Source of the DNA: Octopus sinensis
Taxonomy: Eukaryota
Direction of reading: 5' to 3'
Length of the DNA stretch: 64,000 bases
NCBI RefSeq assembly: GCF_006345805.1
Contig: NC_043013.1
Location: 11,470,001 to 11,534,000, forward strand
Part shown: positions 56,886-64,000 of the stretch, in pieces
Layout: each line of letters starts with the position of its first letter
Numbering within the stretch: the first letter of the stretch is position 1
The notes under the pieces: model-generated
Databases searched by the model: none
Told to the model about the DNA's origin: nothing
The model's input: only the letters and a program-made list of their open reading frames with translations
Translations under genes and position numbers: made by a program

Positions 56886-57832
56886 CCTACACTTGATAAA
56901 CACTTTTAGGGTGCGCAACTACTGATGTTCAGTCAATTTGTGTGGGACACATTTGTCCAACTTCTTATGGCGTATAATTTCAAGAGCTTCGCTACCAGCC
57001 TATAAAGAAATCGTAATACGAATACACAAGTCCAGGTGCAATTGTAATCCTGGAATCACAATCTGAGCAGGAACTGGAAATTTACACCGGTAATGATTCA
57101 TCGTTTTGAGAGCATATCACTAGTATGGCAATGTACAGGTGATCATACTGGTTTGATTCTAAGATTTTTCGGAGTAAATATATTAAAAAAAAAGAAGAAA
57201 AAGGAGAAAGGTAAGAAAGAAAAAATTGTTCCTTTGGAGTATAATTGTTTTCACTTGCCTGAAATGCTGCTTCCTCATAGCGTCAAAGAAACTGAAGGAT
57301 CCGAAGCAAAAGAATTGACTCGGAGCCACAAATAAGCTGCTTTGAAAGACTAAAAAAACGGAGGATAAACCTGAAGAGTGATAGATGTTCGGTGATATTA
57401 GAAGACCGTAGAGAGTTAATCACCTAACGTTGAGATTTAAACATATACTATTTACCGGTCTCTGATTAATGCCAATGTTACACAGCAATCAGTAAAGAGT
57501 TATAACCCGATGCATTAACCAGTTTAGGTTTCAAAGGGCCACATTTCACCGACTTATGAGAAAAAAAAAAAAAAATGACCTTAAAATCAAACAGACATAT
57601 GTAAAGAGGTGAGCAAATTCAAACATATAACCGCGATATCAGAAAAAGGCAAGCTAATAGAAGAACTCAAGTGAGGACGGCATCGATCGGCTGAAATATT
57701 TGCTAAAACTACTTAGAGAGGGTAGGGTATGAAAGTAAAATGTAACAAACCATAAAACATAACAATGGTTGGTGTCCCAGTACAGATGAAATTTTCAGCT
57801 GAAGCAAGTAATTATAAAAGTGCACACACACA

Positions 57833-57876
<44 letters not shown>

Positions 57877-57877
<1 letters not shown>

Positions 57878-58075
57878 TTCTTTACTACCCACAAGGGGCT
57901 AAACATAGAGAGGACAAACAAGGACAGACAAGCGGATTAAGCCGATTATATCGACCCCAGTGCGTAACTGGTACTTATTTAATCGACCCCGAAAGGATGA
58001 AGGACAAAGTCGTCCTCGGCAGAATTGGAACTCAGAACGTAACGGCAGACGAAACACCGCTAAGCATTTCGCCCG
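57877..58075 (-). mobile_element. SINE family A
   Basis: Reverse complement of the family A body. Confidence 0.8.
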
Positions 58076-58252
58076 TAGGTGTAGAAGTGGTTGTGTGTTA
58101 ACAAGCTTGCTTCCGAACCACATGGTTCTGGCTTCAGTCTCTTTGTATGGCACCTGGGGCAAGTGTCTTGAACTATAGCCTCGGGCGACCAAGCCGCGTG
58201 GGTGGATTTTGTAGACAGGAACTGAAGGAAGTCCATCGTGTGTGTGCATATA

Positions 58253-58323
<71 letters not shown>

Positions 58324-58653
58324 TATATAATAAATATATATATATACTTATATATATATACATATATATATATAATATATATGTGTGTGTGTATATATAT
58401 ATGTATATTATATATATATATGTATGTATATATATATATAATATATATATGTATATATTATATATATATATATATATAGATATATATTATATATATATAT
58501 ATATTATATATATATAATTATATAATATGTAATATATATATATATCTTTATGTATGTATGATTATATATGTATATTATATATCTGAGTTGTATCCCTTCA
58601 TCGGTTGAGAACCAATGTTTGTGTTATACGCCGTATATATATATATATAATAC

Positions 58654-58758
<105 letters not shown>

Positions 58759-59346
58759 ATGTATGTACGTATGTATGTATTTGAGTGTCTGAGTTTGTAC
58801 TCCCTTCATCGGTTGAGAACCAATGTTTGTGTATATACGCCCACGTAACCGTTACGGTTCGGCAAAATCAACTGATAGAATAATTATTACGTTTACAGTG
58901 AATAAGTCCTGGGATCTATTTCTTCGACTAAAACCCCTTAAGGTGGTGTTCCAGCTTGGCCACAGTCAAATGTCTGAAACAAGTAAAAGAATAAAAAAGT
59001 AGAATTTATATTCTTTTATTCTATTATTCTTTTACGTGTATCAGCCTATTGGTTGCGGCTATCCTGGAGCACCAACTTTTAGTCGAACTAATCGACCCCC
59101 AGAACTTATTCTTTGTAAGTCTAGTACTTATTCTATCGGTCTCTTATGCCGAATAGTTACTGGGACGTAAACACACCAACATCGATTGTCAAGCGATGGT
59201 GGGGGGAAAACACAGACACACAAACATACACAGACACACAAAAACAAACACAGAAACACACACACACACACGCACAGTTAGAATATACAAGCAGTTAGCT
59301 TTACATGTGGATCTGGCTGTGTTGTGTATTTGAAATCGAAAGGTTG

Positions 59347-59398
59347 TCCCACTGATGAAACTGGCCTTCAGCAAATAGTTAGAAATCATGGTCTGGGA
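59347..59398 (+). ncRNA. Type I hammerhead ribozyme motif
   Basis: TCCCA CTGATGA AACT ggccttcagcaaat AGTT A GAAA TCATGG TC TGGGA. Perfect 5-bp stem I, GUC triplet, stem III one substitution from the palindrome ACCATGGT; one extra A before GAAA. Confidence 0.7.
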
Positions 59399-59581
59399 AA
59401 TAACTGAGATGGTAAACGCTTTTAATTTTCATTCCTTTCGAAAATTTATCCTTATTTGGTGGTTTTGAGTTTTCTACTGCTCTTTCTTGCACGAGGCTTT
59501 CCTATTTGGAAGCCTCTTATTGTATTTCTGTATATATATATATATATAAACATATATGTATGTGTGTGTGTGTGTGTGTAT

Positions 59582-59636
<55 letters not shown>

Positions 59637-59754
59637 GAGAGAGTGAGAAAAATAGACAGAGCGACAGAGAGAGAGATAGAGAGAAATGCATATAAATGTG
59701 AGAAATAAATATAAAATAAATGAAAATGCAAAAATAAAAGTATGGGAACGCGCA

Positions 59755-60292
59755 TGAATTTATATATGAATTAATATATTTGGTTTCCGTTGCTGTATGA
59801 GGATGGCCTCAGAGATTCTAAGGTTGCCCCCATTCCATTGTGTTGCCCTGATGTGCCCTGAGAATTTCGGAGTCCTGGCACTCCCGTAGGTATTTCTTCA
59901 CAGAAGTGTCTGCCTGCATGTATATGTAGTTTTCTTGTTGTGCTGTCTATGTATGATACGCACAATTCAGGGTCATTGATTGGGAAGTTCGATAGTGTGC
60001 ACTCCTCGGAGTAGTGAGTGGTATTGTTCTCGGACTGAGCATTTCTCAGCTGATGTGTACCACCTGCATGTCGAGTCCTTCCTTCGGACTGCGTGTCGAA
60101 CAGCTGCAGCAGGTCTTTCGTCAAAATATGGTAGATTTAGGAAGGACGTGCTGGACTTGGTTGTATGATAGTTCTTCCGGGGTTTAATGACTGATGTTCT
60201 TTAGGCGACGTTGTTTGGCCAAAGATGGTGGGTAGCCATTCAGGGTTAGTTCTCTAAGGAACTGTTTGGTGTTTACGGCTTCCTCGGTCACT
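59755..60292 (-). mobile_element. Penelope-like element remnant (RT C-terminus/linker and GIY-YIG endonuclease)
   Basis: Across frameshifts: FLRELTLNGYP; FLNLPYFDERPAAAVRHAVRR; CVSYIDSTTRKLHIH (YIGxTxRxL); RISEAILIQQRKPNI (EAIxI...P). Confidence 0.8.
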
Positions 60293-61020
60293 CTGCAGGT
60301 ATTTAATTTATCGACCCTGAAAGAATGAAAGCCAATGTCGACCTCGGTGGAATTGGAACTGAGAACGTAAAGACAGACGAAATACCTATTTATTTGCTGC
60401 CCACAAGGGGCTACACACAGAGGAGACAAACAAGGACAGACAAACGGATTAAGTCGATTACATCGACCTCAGTGCGTAACTGGTACTTATTTAATCGACC
60501 CCGAAAGGATGAAAGGCCAAGTTGACCTCGGCGGAATTTGAACTTAAAACGTAGCGGCAGACGAAATACCTATTTCTTTACTACCCACAAGGAGCTAAAC
60601 ACAGAGGGGACAAACAAGGACAGACAAACGGATTAAGTCGATTATATCGACCCCAGTGCGTAACTGGTACTTATTTAATCTACCCCGAAAGGATGAAAGG
60701 CAAAGTCGACCACGGCAGAATTTGAACTCAGAACGGAACGGCAGACAAAATACTGCTACGCATTTCACCCGGCGTGCTAACGTTTCTGCCAGCTCGCCGC
60801 CTTGAGAAGTTTTATAAATATTCTATTCTACTCTAGGCACAATGCTTGAAATTTTTGCGGAGGGGGCCAGTTAATTAGATTCACCCCAGTACGCAACTGT
60901 TACTTAATATATCGACCCCGAAAGGATGAAATTCAAAGTCGATCTCGGCGGAATTTGAACTGAAAACGTAAAGACAGACGAAATAACGCTAAGCATTTCA
61001 CCCGGTGCGCGAACGTTTCT
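60293..61020 (-). mobile_element. SINE family A, head-to-tail multimer
   Basis: Four successive bodies on the minus strand. Confidence 0.85.
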
Positions 61021-61294
61021 TATATGGATATTTTATATACTTTTATATTCTTTTCTATTATTCTTTTTACTCAGGCGACGAGCTGACAGATTCGCTAACA
61101 CGCCAGGCAAAATGTTCTGCAGTATTTCGTACGTCTTAACGTTCCGAGTACAAATTTCGTCGAGGTCGACTTTGCCTTCCATACATTCGTGATCGATAAA
61201 TTAAGTATTAGTCAAGTACTGGTGTCGATCTTATAGACTGCCCCCACCCACCAAAATTTCGGGCCTTGTGCCTAGTGTAGAAGAGATTATTCTT

Positions 61295-61490
61295 TTATTG
61301 TTTTAAGTCATTTGACTGCGGCCATGGTGGAGCACCACCTCTAGTCAAACGAATCTATCCCAGGAATTATTCGTTGTCAGCCTTGTACTTACTCTATCAG
61401 GTGTTTTACTGAACCGCTAGGGTTAGTGACGGGGACGTAAACACACCAACATCGGTTGTAAAGCGATGGTGGTGGGAAAGAGGCACACAC

Positions 61491-61532
<42 letters not shown>

Positions 61533-61670
61533 GACGTGTTTCTTTTAGCTTCCAAATCCACTCACAAGGCTTTGGTCGGCCCGAGGCTATAGTAAAAGAC
61601 ACTTGCCCAAGGTGTCACGCTGTGGGATTGAACCCGGAACCATGTGATTGGGAAGCAAGCTTAACATGTA
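61295..61670 (-). mobile_element. SINE family B
   Basis: Reverse complement of family B. Confidence 0.8.
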
Positions 61671-61936
61671 GCCACGTATACATATAGAAAGGGAGCGAGA
61701 GAGAAAGAGAGAGAGAGAGAAAGAGAAGTGGGGAGGGGGAGCGATGTATATATACACATACACGCACGCACATATATAGATTCAAGTTGATAAATGCAAA
61801 CGTGTGTATGTATATATGCACGTATCTCCGTACATATATATATTCATTTGTTAGCATGTATATTACTATGTATGTGTGTATCCATGTATGTGTGTGTCTG
61901 TGTCTGTGTGTGTACGCGTCTGTGCTTGTGTATTTG

Positions 61937-61970
<34 letters not shown>

Positions 61971-62451
61971 ATATGAATGTGTGTAGGCCCGCACCATTAA
62001 CGGTAGATTTATTAAACGTTAAGTATTATCAGAATTGTTAATGTTGTCAGTACCCCTTTAAGTGGAAATGGGGAACAATACATAACGGCCAGACAATTTT
62101 TATAAACACTGCGGGAGTTATTTCCCTTCAGTAGCAAAACCATAATTCAATAGTCTATATAATGCTGATGGGGTTCGGAGAATATATCAGATATTTCGTG
62201 CACACACGCACTGAAATGCATTCAGGCAAGCATGCTTACACGATTTCACACTAATCCATACCACTTATACTTTCATACTCACACACACATATGTACAAAC
62301 TCAAATACGCATGAACACACGCACACACACGTCCACATACATTTTTATACACGCATAAAAAAGATACATTGACTCCGGCAATTCTCTACATTATCAACAT
62401 TGCTAGCAGTCGTGTGTGTCTCAGTTTATTTATCTATTCATCTATCTATTC

Positions 62452-62518
<67 letters not shown>

Positions 62519-62534
62519 AGTCTCAAATTCTCAC

Positions 62535-62577
<43 letters not shown>

Positions 62578-62598
62578 ATATATATAAATGTATGTATG

Positions 62599-62644
<46 letters not shown>

Positions 62645-62649
62645 TTGTC

Positions 62650-62805
62650 GGAGGGCGCTGGAGTGGTAAGAATCGGGCTTTCAAACATATGGTTCTGAGT
62701 TCAGTCCCACTGCGTGGCACCTTGGCATGTGTCTTCTACTATAGCCTCTGGCTAACCAAGCCTTGTCAGTGGATTGGTAGAAGGTAGAAGGAAACTGAAA
62801 GCCCG

Positions 62806-62847
<42 letters not shown>

Positions 62848-63175
62848 ATATGTACGTATGTATGTATGTATGTATGTATGTATGTATGATGTATGTATGT
62901 ATGTATGTATGTACGTAGTATGTATGTATGTATGTATTATGTATGTATGTGTGTGTCTCTGGTGTGTGCATGTATCTATTTCTGTGCCTGTTTTGTACCT
63001 GCACCATCACTAACAACCGATGCTTGTGTGTTTATGTCCGCAAAACATAATGGTTCGGCAAAATAAATCGATAGAATAAGTATAAGTCTTGGGGTCGATT
63101 TGTTCGACTAAGTGCAGTGCTCAAGCATGGCGGCAGTCAAATGACTGAAACGTGAAAATGAATAAAAGAAAGAAA
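62650..63175 (+). mobile_element. SINE family B with an expanded internal microsatellite
   Basis: Head, body and tail homologous to 7464. Confidence 0.8.
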
Positions 63176-63897
63176 AAATATACATATATTTGACAACCGG
63201 TAGTGGTGGGTTTACATCCCTCTCACTTTGTGGTTCGGCAAAAGAGAAGAAAGAATAAGTGCTAAGCGTTCAAAACAAATCCTGGGCCGAACCGTCGAAT
63301 AAAATAATTGAAGGCGGTGCCCCAGGATGTCCTCCGATCACAATACTCCAGTGCCAAATTCTGAAGAGAGAGAGAGAGAGAGAGAGAGAGGAGATGAGAG
63401 AGGGAGAGAGAGAGAGAGGAGAGGAGCGAGAGCGAGAGAGGGAGAAGAGAGAGAGAGAGAGGAGGGAGAGAGAGAGAGAGAGAGAGAGATATCGTGGGAA
63501 AATAGGTAAGTAGGAGAAACGTTATCGCATTACTCGACTCGAAACCACAAATGGCAAAATTGACAACGCCGTGATTTGAACTCACATCTCTGCGCGTGTG
63601 CATGCGTGCGTATATATGTATATACACACACACCACACACACACATACATATATATAATTAGAAATAATGATATTTATATATAATGTAGGCACAAGCGTG
63701 ACTGAATGGTAAGAAGTTTGCTTTTGAACCATATATTCCAGGTTCAGTCTTACTGCATGCCACGTTCAGAGAATATCGTCTATGGTTCGACAAAACCCTT
63801 GCGAATGGATTTGGTGGAAAGAACCCCGTCGCACATACATACATGCATACATACACACATGCATACGTACATGCATACATACATACATACTACATAC

Positions 63898-63944
<47 letters not shown>

Positions 63945-64000
63945 TGTGTGTAAGTGTGTATGTGTGTGCGCGTATAAATATATTAATCGAAGGACATATT

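Overview
AT-rich eukaryotic DNA, saturated with microsatellites and retroposons. The SINE families and (TA)n/(TATC)n/(TACA)n load match what I recall from Octopus genomes; this is recognition, not a search result. The window looks intronic or intergenic, and no host gene could be identified with confidence. Supported content: many copies of at least four tRNA-type SINE families; a near-full-length decayed mariner transposase (28.6-29.7 kb) plus three other Tc1/mariner fragments; CR1-clade LINE fragments; two Penelope-like (PLE) fragments, one with a GIY-YIG endonuclease; a MITE with an 8-bp TSD and internal telomere-like repeats; a ~194-bp near-perfect palindrome; a 433-bp chimeric SINE tandem array; and a 100-N gap. 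The most interesting signal is a set of sequence-unrelated minimal type I hammerhead ribozyme motifs (24.5, 33.5, 35.7/36.0, 59.35 kb, with atypical copies at 18.95 and 32.6 kb). Each has a palindromic or near-palindromic stem III, as expected for dimer-dependent PLE/retrozyme-type ribozymes, and one pair sits in an inverted repeat. Most long ORFs in the supplied track are microsatellite artefacts.
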